DNA from: Candidatus Woesearchaeota archaeon | GTDB taxonomy: Archaea > Nanobdellota > Nanobdellia > UBA10117 > JABICX01 | Direction of reading: 5' to 3' | Length of the DNA stretch: 64,000 nt | Assembly: GCA_018652045.1 (NCBI GenBank) | Contig: JABICX010000010.1 | Span: forward strand, 114-64,113 | In this document: piece after piece, positions 55,786-64,000 of the stretch | Position numbering within the stretch: the first letter of the stretch is position 1 | Layout of the letters: each line of letters begins with the position of its first letter | Notes under the pieces: model-generated | Databases searched by the model: none | The model's input: the letters and a program-made list of their open reading frames with translations, nothing else | Told to the model about the DNA's origin: nothing | Translations under genes and position numbers: made by a program

Positions 55786-57375
55786 ATGGACTATAAGATT
55801 TGTATTTTAGCCGCAGGTATTGGTAGTATGAGTGAACTTACAAAAGATATTCATCATTCTATTCTTCCAGTTAACTTTAAGGCGACGTTATCGTATATAT
55901 TTGAAAAATTTCCAAAAGACGTAGAGGTTGTAATCGCAGTAGGGTACAAGAAAGAAACAATTAAAGAATATTGTTCTTTAGCACATCCCGATAGAAAGAT
56001 AACTTACGTTGATATAGAAAAGTACTTTGGACCTGGAACTGGTCCTGGACAGTCTTTACTTGAATGCCGTCCACATCTAAATTGTCCTTTTGTGTTCTTC
56101 GCAGCAGACACAATTGTGTTGGAGGAAGTTCCTAATCCCGATAGAAATTGGTTTGGTATTGCTCCAGTTAAGAAGACAGAAGATTTCTGTACAGTTAGAA
56201 TTAAGAACAACTTGATATATCATCTAGACGACAAAGTAAAAGTAGATAATAAGTTCGCATTTATTGGTTTAGCGGGAGTAAGAGACTATGACGTTTTCTT
56301 CAACGCTCTTGAACAAGATAAGACCATTAAGAAAGGAGAGATTCAGGTTTCAAATGGTTTTAGCAAACTCATCGAGAAGAAGTTGGTTCCGATTGGTTTT
56401 ACTTGGTTTGATACAGGTAGACCTGAAAGTTACAAAGAGACAAACAAAAGTTTTTCAGAGGGCAGCAAGTTTGATTTTAGTAAGAGTAACGAGTTTATCT
56501 ACTTTGTAAATAATAAAATTGTAAAGTACTTTGCAAATCCCGAGATTATTGAGAAGCGGTATAAACGCGCACAAATACTTAAGGGACTTTGCCCAGATAT
56601 TGAGGCAAAGACTCCGAACTTCTATTCCTATGAACGCGTACCGGGTCAGGTTCTCTACGATGTGTTGAATTCGTCAGTTGTTACTGACTTTTTTGAGTGG
56701 TCTAAAAATAACATCTGGAGAAAGATAGATATATCTAAAAAAGACCAGAAAGTTTTCAATCAAGCTTGTAAGAAATTCTACTATGATAAGACAATGAAGC
56801 GATTGGACATGTTTTACGACAAACTAAAGGTTGACGATACGCAGAACAACATTAATGGAGTTGTTGTTCCACCACTTAAAGATATGTTTGATAAGATTAA
56901 CTGGGATGAACTTTACAAAGGCGTTCCCGTTAAATTCCATGGAGATTTACAGTTTGACAATATCCTTGTTACACGAGATCCGAAAAGTAACTTGTCTAAG
57001 TTTGCACTACTTGATTGGCGGCAAGATTTTGGTGGATTAACTGATTATGGTGATCTATACTATGACCTGTCAAAGTTGTATGGTGGCGTTACGTTATCCT
57101 ACAAAGAGATAAAGGCGGGGAACTTCTCTTTTGATCGTAGTGGTACCAGCGTCTATTATAACTTCAGCGTAAAGAACGATCTATTAGATGCAAAAGAAGA
57201 ATACGAGTCATTCTTGGATCGAAACAAGTTTGATATGGAGAAGATTAAGATCTTAAGAGCGCTGATATATCTTAACATGTCTCCTTTGCATCACACTCCA
57301 TTTGATCTTATGTTGTACTACATGGGCAAAGTTATGTTGTATAAAGCATTGAAGGAGTTTGGGAGGATTAAATAA
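55786..57375 (+). CDS. bifunctional nucleotidyltransferase / APH-choline-kinase-like phosphotransferase (LicC-LicA-like architecture)
   Basis: N-terminal domain is paralogous to the C-terminal domain of 53723..54892 (KICILAAGIGS..., VIAVGYKKETIK, FFAADTIV, FAFIGLAGV, GEIQVSNGF). C-terminal kinase domain has HGDLQFDNILV and LLDWRQDFGG. The ATG at 55786 (MDYKICIL) is preferred to 55759. Confidence 0.7.
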   Translation: MDYKICILAAGIGSMSELTKDIHHSILPVNFKATLSYIFEKFPKDVEVVIAVGYKKETIKEYCSLAHPDRKITYVDIEKYFGPGTGPGQSLLECRPHLNCPFVFFAADTIVLEEVPNPDRNWFGIAPVKKTEDFCTVRIKNNLIYHLDDKVKVDNKFAFIGLAGVRDYDVFFNALEQDKTIKKGEIQVSNGFSKLIEKKLVPIGFTWFDTGRPESYKETNKSFSEGSKFDFSKSNEFIYFVNNKIVKYFANPEIIEKRYKRAQILKGLCPDIEAKTPNFYSYERVPGQVLYDVLNSSVVTDFFEWSKNNIWRKIDISKKDQKVFNQACKKFYYDKTMKRLDMFYDKLKVDDTQNNINGVVVPPLKDMFDKINWDELYKGVPVKFHGDLQFDNILVTRDPKSNLSKFALLDWRQDFGGLTDYGDLYYDLSKLYGGVTLSYKEIKAGNFSFDRSGTSVYYNFSVKNDLLDAKEEYESFLDRNKFDMEKIKILRALIYLNMSPLHHTPFDLMLYYMGKVMLYKALKEFGRIK

Positions 57376-58367
57376 TGCAGCGAGAGTTGGGTGTGGGACC
57401 TATGAGTCCAGAAATTATCGAAGCTATCTTCCGTTACTCGCATTACAATCGAACGCCTCTCATGATAATTGCATCTAAAAATCAGATTGACCATAATGGT
57501 GGATATGTGAATGGTTGGAATACAAAACAATTTATGGATTTTGTAAAAGATTTGAAAGGAACATATTCAAATAGTAACGTTATGATTTGCAGAGATCATT
57601 GCGGTCCGGGTTTTAATGGTATATATGATACTGAAGATACGTATAAGACAATTAAAACTGATATTGAAAACGGGTTTGATTTTATTCATATAGACTTTTG
57701 TAAACATAAAGGCGCTCGGGATGAGCGACTAGATGAAGCAAAAAAAGCAATTCAGTATTGTCTGAAGTTGAACCCAAACATTGTGTTAGAGATTGGAACT
57801 GATGAGAATGAAGGTGATCAGTTTAGTATTACAAACTTGCAAGAAGTTAAAGAAGAGGTGGAATTCTTCACAAACTTTTGTAAGCCTAAGTACTATGTTG
57901 TTCAGACTGGAAGTTTGGTAAAAGAGATAAATCAAGTTGGTGGTTTTAATCAGGAGTTCATAGAACGTATTCGTGAATTTTTGAAGTCCAAAGATATTAA
58001 ATTAAAAGAACATAATGCAGATTATTTCTCAAAGGATCAGATAGAGACGCGTAATGGTGTGGTAGACGCGTTGAACATTGCACCGCAGCTCGGTGCTTTG
58101 CAGACGATGCTTGTACTTCAAAAGTGTATAACTTACGGCGTTGATTTTGACGAATTTATTGAAGAAGCGTATAATAGCAAGAAATGGGAAAAGTGGCTAC
58201 ATACCAACAAGCCAGATAACAAGTTCTTGTGCGCAGTAATTGCAGGACACTATAACTTTACAACCGATTCGTATCGTAAGATTATAGAACAGCTTGAAGC
58301 TAGAGAAGATATTCATGAATTTATAATGGATAAAGTCATGGAGGTAATTGATCATTATGTTAACTGA
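57375..58367 (+). CDS. GatZ/KbaZ-like class II aldolase-family TIM-barrel protein (shortened)
   Basis: [33 protein letters not shown] and [10 protein letters not shown] align with E. coli GatZ blocks [31 protein letters not shown] and GFSKIHLDAS. The ATG overlaps the upstream TAA (TAATG). Confidence 0.6.
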   Translation: MQRELGVGPMSPEIIEAIFRYSHYNRTPLMIIASKNQIDHNGGYVNGWNTKQFMDFVKDLKGTYSNSNVMICRDHCGPGFNGIYDTEDTYKTIKTDIENGFDFIHIDFCKHKGARDERLDEAKKAIQYCLKLNPNIVLEIGTDENEGDQFSITNLQEVKEEVEFFTNFCKPKYYVVQTGSLVKEINQVGGFNQEFIERIREFLKSKDIKLKEHNADYFSKDQIETRNGVVDALNIAPQLGALQTMLVLQKCITYGVDFDEFIEEAYNSKKWEKWLHTNKPDNKFLCAVIAGHYNFTTDSYRKIIEQLEAREDIHEFIMDKVMEVIDHYVN

Positions 58368-59085
58368 AATGTTACAGGGAAAGCGAATACTTATTACAGG
58401 ATCTTCTCGAGGAATTGGCGCTGCAATCGCAAGACTTGCAAAGCAATATGGTGCTGAAGTAATCCTTCACGGGAAGACGGAATCTAATGCACTGATAAAT
58501 TTAGCACAAGAACTTAATTCAAAATATATTTTTTGTGATGTTATTGACGAAGTTGCTGTGACTTCTGCGATAACTAATCTTGGGAATGTAGATGTGCTAG
58601 TTAATAATGCGGGAATAAATCCGTCAAAGACTTTTGTTCAGTTAACAAACGAAGATTGGCGGTCTATTTTTGAGATTAATGTTATGGGTACAGTTAACTT
58701 TTCTAGGGCGTTTATCTCAAACATGTCAGATAAAAAGCGCGGAAAAGTAATAAACATAGCATCTATTAAAGCATACAATTCAGTTTCAGGTAAGCCTAGT
58801 TACGCCGCATCTAAGGCAGCAGTTATGCGAATAACGTCTAGTATGGCTGAAGAGTTTGCACCACATGTTCTTGTTAATGCTGTTGCTCCAGGATTTACCC
58901 AAACAGAGATGACTCAATCAACATTATCTCCAAAGATTCAGAAACAGATTGATAGTATCCCATTAAAGAGAATGGCGCAACCAAAAGAAATAGCAGAAAC
59001 AGTTCTGTTTTTAGCAAGTGATAGGTCTAGTTATATCACAGGACAAACAATATTAGTTGACGGAGGTTATACAATAAATGGATAA
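58357..59085 (+). CDS. short-chain dehydrogenase/reductase (FabG-like)
   Basis: [19 protein letters not shown], and S...YAASKAA catalytic residues. Start is at 58357 or 58369 (the track TTG at 58348 is unlikely). Confidence 0.85.
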   Translation: MLTEMLQGKRILITGSSRGIGAAIARLAKQYGAEVILHGKTESNALINLAQELNSKYIFCDVIDEVAVTSAITNLGNVDVLVNNAGINPSKTFVQLTNEDWRSIFEINVMGTVNFSRAFISNMSDKKRGKVINIASIKAYNSVSGKPSYAASKAAVMRITSSMAEEFAPHVLVNAVAPGFTQTEMTQSTLSPKIQKQIDSIPLKRMAQPKEIAETVLFLASDRSSYITGQTILVDGGYTING

Positions 59086-59596
59086 GGATAATACTGAAGC
59101 AGCCGCTTCAAAAAATAAAGACGTAGGTGTTAAGGTGTGGCATTCTAACTTGCCAAGACCGCCCGGGTACGAAGAGTATAAGTTTCCATGTAAAATAGAT
59201 AAACCTTGGGGTTGGGAACGTTGGTTAGAACTTTGGCACGATCCAGAGCTTAGACGTGGATACTGCATGAAACATCTATTCATCAAGAAAGGTACGCGAA
59301 CTAGCTTGCAGAGACATAAGTTAAAGATAGAAACTAATTTTCTTATTCAAGGAAAGGTTGAAGCATATCTCGAGAACGAAGCTGGTGAGATGGAGATGCG
59401 CATAATGGAGGCAGGTAATCCTACATGCGATACTTGGACAATACCTACTGATAAGACACATAGAATTTACGCTCTAACAGATATTTATTTAGTAGAAGCG
59501 TCAACGCACGATGTTGATGATGTTACGCGGATGGCAGATGATTCTGGGCGTGGAAGTGGTAAGATAGATTCTGAGCACGATCGAGCAAAAGAATGA
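59078..59596 (+). CDS. cupin-domain protein (type II phosphomannose-isomerase-like cupin)
   Basis: KPWGWERWL ... [23 protein letters not shown] resembles the PMI-type cupin pattern (PWG ... SLQ.H..R.E.W.V..G). 8-nt overlap upstream and an ATGA overlap downstream. Confidence 0.65.
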   Translation: MDKDNTEAAASKNKDVGVKVWHSNLPRPPGYEEYKFPCKIDKPWGWERWLELWHDPELRRGYCMKHLFIKKGTRTSLQRHKLKIETNFLIQGKVEAYLENEAGEMEMRIMEAGNPTCDTWTIPTDKTHRIYALTDIYLVEASTHDVDDVTRMADDSGRGSGKIDSEHDRAKE

Positions 59597-60468
59597 AAGT
59601 ATCATATGTTATGAAGATAGGTCCAAAGTATACTTGGCGAGTATTGCGAGGAAAGTTGCGAAGGTTACCGCGTTACAAAGCTTCAAAACCACCACGCGTC
59701 GCGTTTTGCTTATGTGGTTTAGTTGGTGGTATAACGGGTAAGGCTGGAGATAATCTAGCAAGTTCTGTGGATGTTCTAAAAATCGGTTATGATCAATATA
59801 AGAAACATATCTTTGATAAGAACAATGTGGACGTGTTTGTACATAGTTGGAGTACCGACCTTAAGGCAGATATAAAGAAACTGTACAAACCAAAGAAGTC
59901 GCTGTTTGAGACGAATCGGCCCTTCAAGTACCCCTCTTACGCAAAAGGTGAGCCTAGAAGAATCAGCAATCACTATAGTAGGTGGTATAGCACCCAGAAA
60001 GCTATTGAATTGAAAGCTAAGTACGAGAAAGAGCAGGGTTTCAAGTATGATTTTGTTATGGTTATTCGCTTTGATTTAGCCCCACAGAAAGATATACTAT
60101 TTGATCGAATAAATCCTAAGTACTTTTACGCAGCTAACTGGTACAGTAACGCACCTTTATTTGGAGTAATTCCTATAAACGTATTACAAGGATATCCTTA
60201 TACCGGTATGAGTGGTCTGGCTGATCTTTGGTTCTTTTCAAACTCAAGGTACATGGATAGGTTTGCAAAGTTGTACGATAAGTTGGATGAATATAACAAG
60301 CCAGGTAGCTGTCCTTTAGGAAAACAAGGAATATCTAACCATATACTTTCAGGGTATCATCTGCAACAGAGCGGCATAATAAAAGACCTTAGGTTTATCT
60401 ATAATCAGTATGGACCTAATGAGACGATGCCATTAATCCGAAAGAAATACTTTGGATCTAAAATCTAA
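59593..60468 (+). CDS. hypothetical protein (291 aa), last gene of the operon
   Basis: Coupled by an ATGA overlap to the cupin gene. Contains VAFCLCGLVGG, DVFVHSW and VIRFDL blocks. No family recognised. Confidence 0.5.
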   Translation: MKVSYVMKIGPKYTWRVLRGKLRRLPRYKASKPPRVAFCLCGLVGGITGKAGDNLASSVDVLKIGYDQYKKHIFDKNNVDVFVHSWSTDLKADIKKLYKPKKSLFETNRPFKYPSYAKGEPRRISNHYSRWYSTQKAIELKAKYEKEQGFKYDFVMVIRFDLAPQKDILFDRINPKYFYAANWYSNAPLFGVIPINVLQGYPYTGMSGLADLWFFSNSRYMDRFAKLYDKLDEYNKPGSCPLGKQGISNHILSGYHLQQSGIIKDLRFIYNQYGPNETMPLIRKKYFGSKI

Positions 60469-61990
60469 TTAGTTTTTTAATTGGACTAAGATTTAGTCCT
60501 AATCTTTTTTCTATTGCTAACATAATCTTAAGATCATTTTCATCAAATGTTTTTAACAGGAAAATAAAGCTGATGTAAGATCCAACAAACAACATGCCAA
60601 CAATACCTAACTTGACATACAGGTTAAGTTGTAATACGTTGTAGACAACTTTGATTATAACGATACTCATGATGCTGCTCAGAAGGAACTTTGAGTTTAC
60701 TTTCCAATCAAACTTTAGTTTCTCAAGTTTCCGCGCCTTACGTAAGAAGAGAATGTTTTGCAATGAAAGTGAGAATGCTGTAGATATTGCTGCACCAGTT
60801 ATTCCAATAAGTGGTATTAACATCATGTTTAGACCTAAGTTAATTATCGCAGTAATGAAATTTGCTTTAAAGATGTATTTTGTTTTCTTATGTAGTTGTA
60901 GTATGCTTTGGCAGAAACCAACAGATACTATGACTAAAAACCCAATGATAAGTATCTGTATGGATGTTGCTCCAAGTGCATATGCATTACCATATACTAA
61001 CGTAAGAATTGTTTCACCAAAAACTGCAAGTAATAATGCCGCTGGTAGAACTATTCCAATCATCCAGTTTTGTGATTTCTTGAAGAGGTATGAGATACTT
61101 TCAGAATCACCTTTTGCGTATCTTTCAGAAATAATTGGCATGAATATTGTTCTGAAAATGTGAAAGAAGAAGATTAGGAAGCGACTCAATGAATATGCAA
61201 TTGCGTATATTCCCAAGTTTGTTGGATCTAGGAACTTACCAATAACTAAGTTGTCAGTCCAACCAATAAAGTAGTTGAATATTCCTACAAGAAGTAATGG
61301 CCAAGAAAAACTAATCCAATCACTCATAAGATATGATTTGACTTTTGACTTTGGGAATCGTATCTTACGTTTGTAGACAGTTGTGCTGTATAAGAACGAA
61401 AATACCATTGAAAGTGTGAAGAAAAGTACAAGGTAGTATATGTGTAGGTTAAACAAGAAGATAGTTGCAACTCCGAGCAAGAAGATAAGTGGTTCAATAA
61501 AGTTTCTACTTATGTTTTGTTGTAATATTTTACCCTTAGCAAAGAAGATGCCGCTAAAGACCATGTTAATTGCGTAAAATGGAAGTGCAATTGCAATTAA
61601 GCGTAAGATTTCTACAAACGCTTCTGGAAAACTAAAGAACGAAGTGAGCATTGGTGCAATTACAAAGATGATGATTGACGCAAGTATCGATAGTATAACT
61701 GGAATTTTGAAGATAAGGTCAAGATATCCTGCAAGGTGATCTGGTTCTTTTCGATGTTCGTATATTGGTATGTATCTCGAAGGTCCATGATGTATGCCTA
61801 CTAAAACAAGTATTCCAAATATACCTAACATTGTCTCAGCTAGAATAAATAGTCCATAATCACTTGGACCAAAGTATCTTGCAGCAAGAAGTTTGGAGAT
61901 AAAAACAATACCGTATGCAAACATACCAAAGACAAATGAGATTGCAGCTCCGTGCGCTAACTTTTTGAGTGGTTTTAACTCACTGTCCAT
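60458..61990 (-). CDS. polysaccharide biosynthesis flippase (MOP/Wzx-MATE-like)
   Basis: 510 aa with about 14 TM segments. Typical Wzx layout. Confidence 0.75.
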   Translation of the reverse strand: MDSELKPLKKLAHGAAISFVFGMFAYGIVFISKLLAARYFGPSDYGLFILAETMLGIFGILVLVGIHHGPSRYIPIYEHRKEPDHLAGYLDLIFKIPVILSILASIIIFVIAPMLTSFFSFPEAFVEILRLIAIALPFYAINMVFSGIFFAKGKILQQNISRNFIEPLIFLLGVATIFLFNLHIYYLVLFFTLSMVFSFLYSTTVYKRKIRFPKSKVKSYLMSDWISFSWPLLLVGIFNYFIGWTDNLVIGKFLDPTNLGIYAIAYSLSRFLIFFFHIFRTIFMPIISERYAKGDSESISYLFKKSQNWMIGIVLPAALLLAVFGETILTLVYGNAYALGATSIQILIIGFLVIVSVGFCQSILQLHKKTKYIFKANFITAIINLGLNMMLIPLIGITGAAISTAFSLSLQNILFLRKARKLEKLKFDWKVNSKFLLSSIMSIVIIKVVYNVLQLNLYVKLGIVGMLFVGSYISFIFLLKTFDENDLKIMLAIEKRLGLNLSPIKKLIRF

Positions 61991-62033
61991 AAAAAATAGC
62001 CTAACAACGCATTATAAGTTTTATTGAACACTG

Positions 62034-63095
62034 TTATAGAGTTTGGAATTGTTTCAGATATTGTTTAGCAAGTTTAGATTGATCCAGACGTGCAGGAAGT
62101 TTCCAAGATGACCATTTCTCCTTGAGAATATATTTTATTAATTCAGGATCTGTCTGAAAAGTTTTACTTGCAAACTTTTTTAGATCTACAATATCTCTTG
62201 CTATAACGGGTATGTTACTGTGAGCTGCTTCAGATATGGTTCTAGGAAATCCGTCAGTTAGTGATGGATGTAATAGTAGATCTGACGCACGTAGATAGTA
62301 AGTTGTTTTTGCAGGAGGTAGTTGGCCTAATAGGTGTACGTTTTTTCCACCAACTTGCATAAGTTTTTCATTGTAGCTTTCGCAGTCAGTACCAATAAAG
62401 ATAAAGTGGATGTTTTTATTGTGTTTGATAACTTGTGGAATAATGTTAACAAAAGTATCCATTCCTTTGTACTTTTCTAATGCACCAATGTATATAATGT
62501 ATTTATACTTTGGATTTAAACCAAGTTTCTTTCGTAATTGGTTCTTGTTTTTAGTTGGTTGATATAACTGCATATCAGTTGGTTGTAAAACTATCTCTAT
62601 CTTTTTAGGATCATAACCGTATCTGATAAGTTCTGCTTTCTGTTTACTATTCATACAGATGATTCGGTCAGACCCTAGGATCATTCGCATAAACCAATGA
62701 CATACAAAGTAGGTTAATATTTTTTTGAAACCTTTCTTTAGTTTGTAGTTTTCAAATCCAGATCCAGATAATCTAACTAATGTTTTTATGCCAAACAGCT
62801 TTCCAAAAAAACCAATTAACGGTCCTTGTACATCGGGTCTTTGTAGTGAACAAAGAATGTCTGGACGTTGTCTTCGACAATACTTGTATAAGTTTAAGAT
62901 GTCTCGAATGAAATAAGTTAGCTCACCTTTTGCAGAAAGTTTAGAATAGTTTTTGATTTTGTATGTTTTAGTAAGGCGTGTATCTTTACCATAATAACTA
63001 ATCAAGTCTAAATCAAATTGTTTAGAAAGTATCTTACCAATGTAGTAATAGTTACTCGAGTATTCTTCTCGTGGTCCGATAGTACCTATTTTCAT
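62034..63095 (-). CDS. GT-B glycosyltransferase (GT4 family)
   Basis: C-terminal LLLHPSLTDGFPRTISEAAHSNIPVIA corresponds to the E-x7-E region of GT4 retaining transferases. Confidence 0.75.
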   Translation of the reverse strand: MKIGTIGPREEYSSNYYYIGKILSKQFDLDLISYYGKDTRLTKTYKIKNYSKLSAKGELTYFIRDILNLYKYCRRQRPDILCSLQRPDVQGPLIGFFGKLFGIKTLVRLSGSGFENYKLKKGFKKILTYFVCHWFMRMILGSDRIICMNSKQKAELIRYGYDPKKIEIVLQPTDMQLYQPTKNKNQLRKKLGLNPKYKYIIYIGALEKYKGMDTFVNIIPQVIKHNKNIHFIFIGTDCESYNEKLMQVGGKNVHLLGQLPPAKTTYYLRASDLLLHPSLTDGFPRTISEAAHSNIPVIARDIVDLKKFASKTFQTDPELIKYILKEKWSSWKLPARLDQSKLAKQYLKQFQTL

Positions 63096-64000
63096 TTTTT
63101 AGCCACAACTATAAAGTTGGGAGTTAGAAGTTTTGTAAGATGTATGTAGGATATCGACTGTATCCAATAAGTCATTAGTTTTAGCTTTAATGTTAGTGCG
63201 TTCTTTCTCGCACGTTTACATGCAGATACTATTGATGCGTATCTATCTATCTCAACAACTTCATATGTATGTTGATAATGAGGTATTGAAACATACGTTT
63301 TAATTGTTGTGAAACCTTTGAACAGATCTTTGATCTCGGCGTTGTAGATTAATCTGTGAAAGTAATACTTACCTCGGAAGGTTTGTGATAGCATGTTGGC
63401 TAGACTAAATGGTAGTAATCCAAGTAAAGGTGCGTGATTATGCGGTTCACGTATCCAGAAAGGTGGGAAGAATCTATTTTCAGTTCCTACTAAAAGTAAA
63501 CCATTTTTCTTAAGAACGCGGTGCGCTTCAAGGATAGCATTGATTTGAGATTGTCTTGGCGTCATTTTTTCACTACTACAACCAACCCATTCAATAACAC
63601 CTGTTGTGTTAACAACATCAACGGAGTTGTTCGCTAGTGGCAGATTTAGTGCGTCCCCAATTTCTGCAGAAACATTTTTCTTACGACTTTCTTTAACACG
63701 TTGTTTTACAACATCAACATTATCTTGTGAGATATCTAAAGCAATAACTTTCTTAAACTTACTTGCAAATGAGAGTGCGAGTGCACCCCAACCACAGCCA
63801 AGATCAACGATCGTTTTTGTCTTACTATCTGTTTGTTTGCAAATGAAATCAGATAGTAACTTACCTCGTTTTAATCCCAGTTCTAGTGATTCAAACTCAC
63901 CGTTGTTTTGTCTAAGTTTTTTTAGAAGTTGTTTTATTAATCTTAAGAATCTAAATCGTAGGTAAAAGAAAATTACTTTGTTTTTAATACCAGTTCGTTT
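63092..64000 (-). CDS. class I SAM-dependent methyltransferase, 5' end beyond the window
   Basis: Hand translation upstream of the 157-aa track ORF stays open to position 64000. It reads ...KTKTIVDLGCGWGALALSFASKFKKVIALDISQDNVDVVKQRV...NSVDVVNTTGVIEWV...MTPRQSQINAILEAHRVLKKNGLL (motifs I, II and post-II). Confidence 0.75.
   Translation of the reverse strand, partial: KRTGIKNKVIFFYLRFRFLRLIKQLLKKLRQNNGEFESLELGLKRGKLLSDFICKQTDSKTKTIVDLGCGWGALALSFASKFKKVIALDISQDNVDVVKQRVKESRKKNVSAEIGDALNLPLANNSVDVVNTTGVIEWVGCSSEKMTPRQSQINAILEAHRVLKKNGLLLVGTENRFFPPFWIREPHNHAPLLGLLPFSLANMLSQTFRGKYYFHRLIYNAEIKDLFKGFTTIKTYVSIPHYQHTYEVVEIDRYASIVSACKRARKNALTLKLKLMTYWIQSISYIHLTKLLTPNFIVVAKK

Noticed and set aside
63606-63965. 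119-aa plus-strand ORF
   Set aside because: It lies entirely antisense to an open minus-strand frame that encodes clear SAM-methyltransferase motifs. It is low-complexity Ser/Leu/Phe-rich, typical of a shadow ORF.
1-64000. tRNA, rRNA or other classical structured RNA genes, and integrase/transposase genes
   Set aside because: All intergenic gaps are short and AT-rich. None shows a GC-rich cloverleaf-capable segment of 70-90 nt, and no ORF carries recombinase or transposase motifs. This check was visual only; tRNAscan, Infernal and ISEScan would be decisive.

Overview
AT-rich, very tightly packed archaeal chromosome segment with many 1-14 nt start/stop overlaps. The archaeal assignment rests on lineage-diagnostic genes: PolD DP1 and DP2, Orc1/Cdc6, Hef, Hel308, membrane LonB, AglB/STT3, secF-secD, RtcA and a presenilin-type protease. 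The compactness and gene content suggest a small-genome, DPANN-like archaeon; this is inference only. I found no rRNA, tRNA, CRISPR array, integrase or transposase. Positions 1-37.9 kb are mostly housekeeping. They include an aglB-aglH-GT2-DUF2304 N-glycosylation operon, an ABC-2 exporter, two PRC-barrel proteins, a Cys-rich repeat secreted protein and a small island (unknown protein, wHTH protein, solo Cas4-like nuclease) built around an array of TTCCG repeats. They also include a probable replication origin at 33707-34015, between cdc6-dp1 and dp2, with ORB-like inverted repeats. From 37.9 kb to the window end (more than 26 kb) there is a glycan/cell-envelope biosynthesis island. Its most notable parts are listed here. 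(i) A module whose parts parallel the mycobacterial decaprenyl-phosphoryl-arabinose pathway: DPPR-synthase-like UbiA, phosphoesterase, FAD oxidoreductase, SDR epimerase, GtrA and two GT-C transferases. (ii) A DUF5989 / small membrane protein / carbamoyltransferase / SGNH module. (iii) A translationally coupled operon of fused enzymes: KdsC-nucleotidyltransferase, IMPase, nucleotidyltransferase-kinase, a GatZ/KbaZ-like TIM barrel, SDR, cupin and an unknown protein. This operon probably makes one or two nucleotide-activated head groups. Several short genes missing from the ORF track were found by hand translation. Several track ORF starts use TTG/GTG or are over-extended and were corrected.
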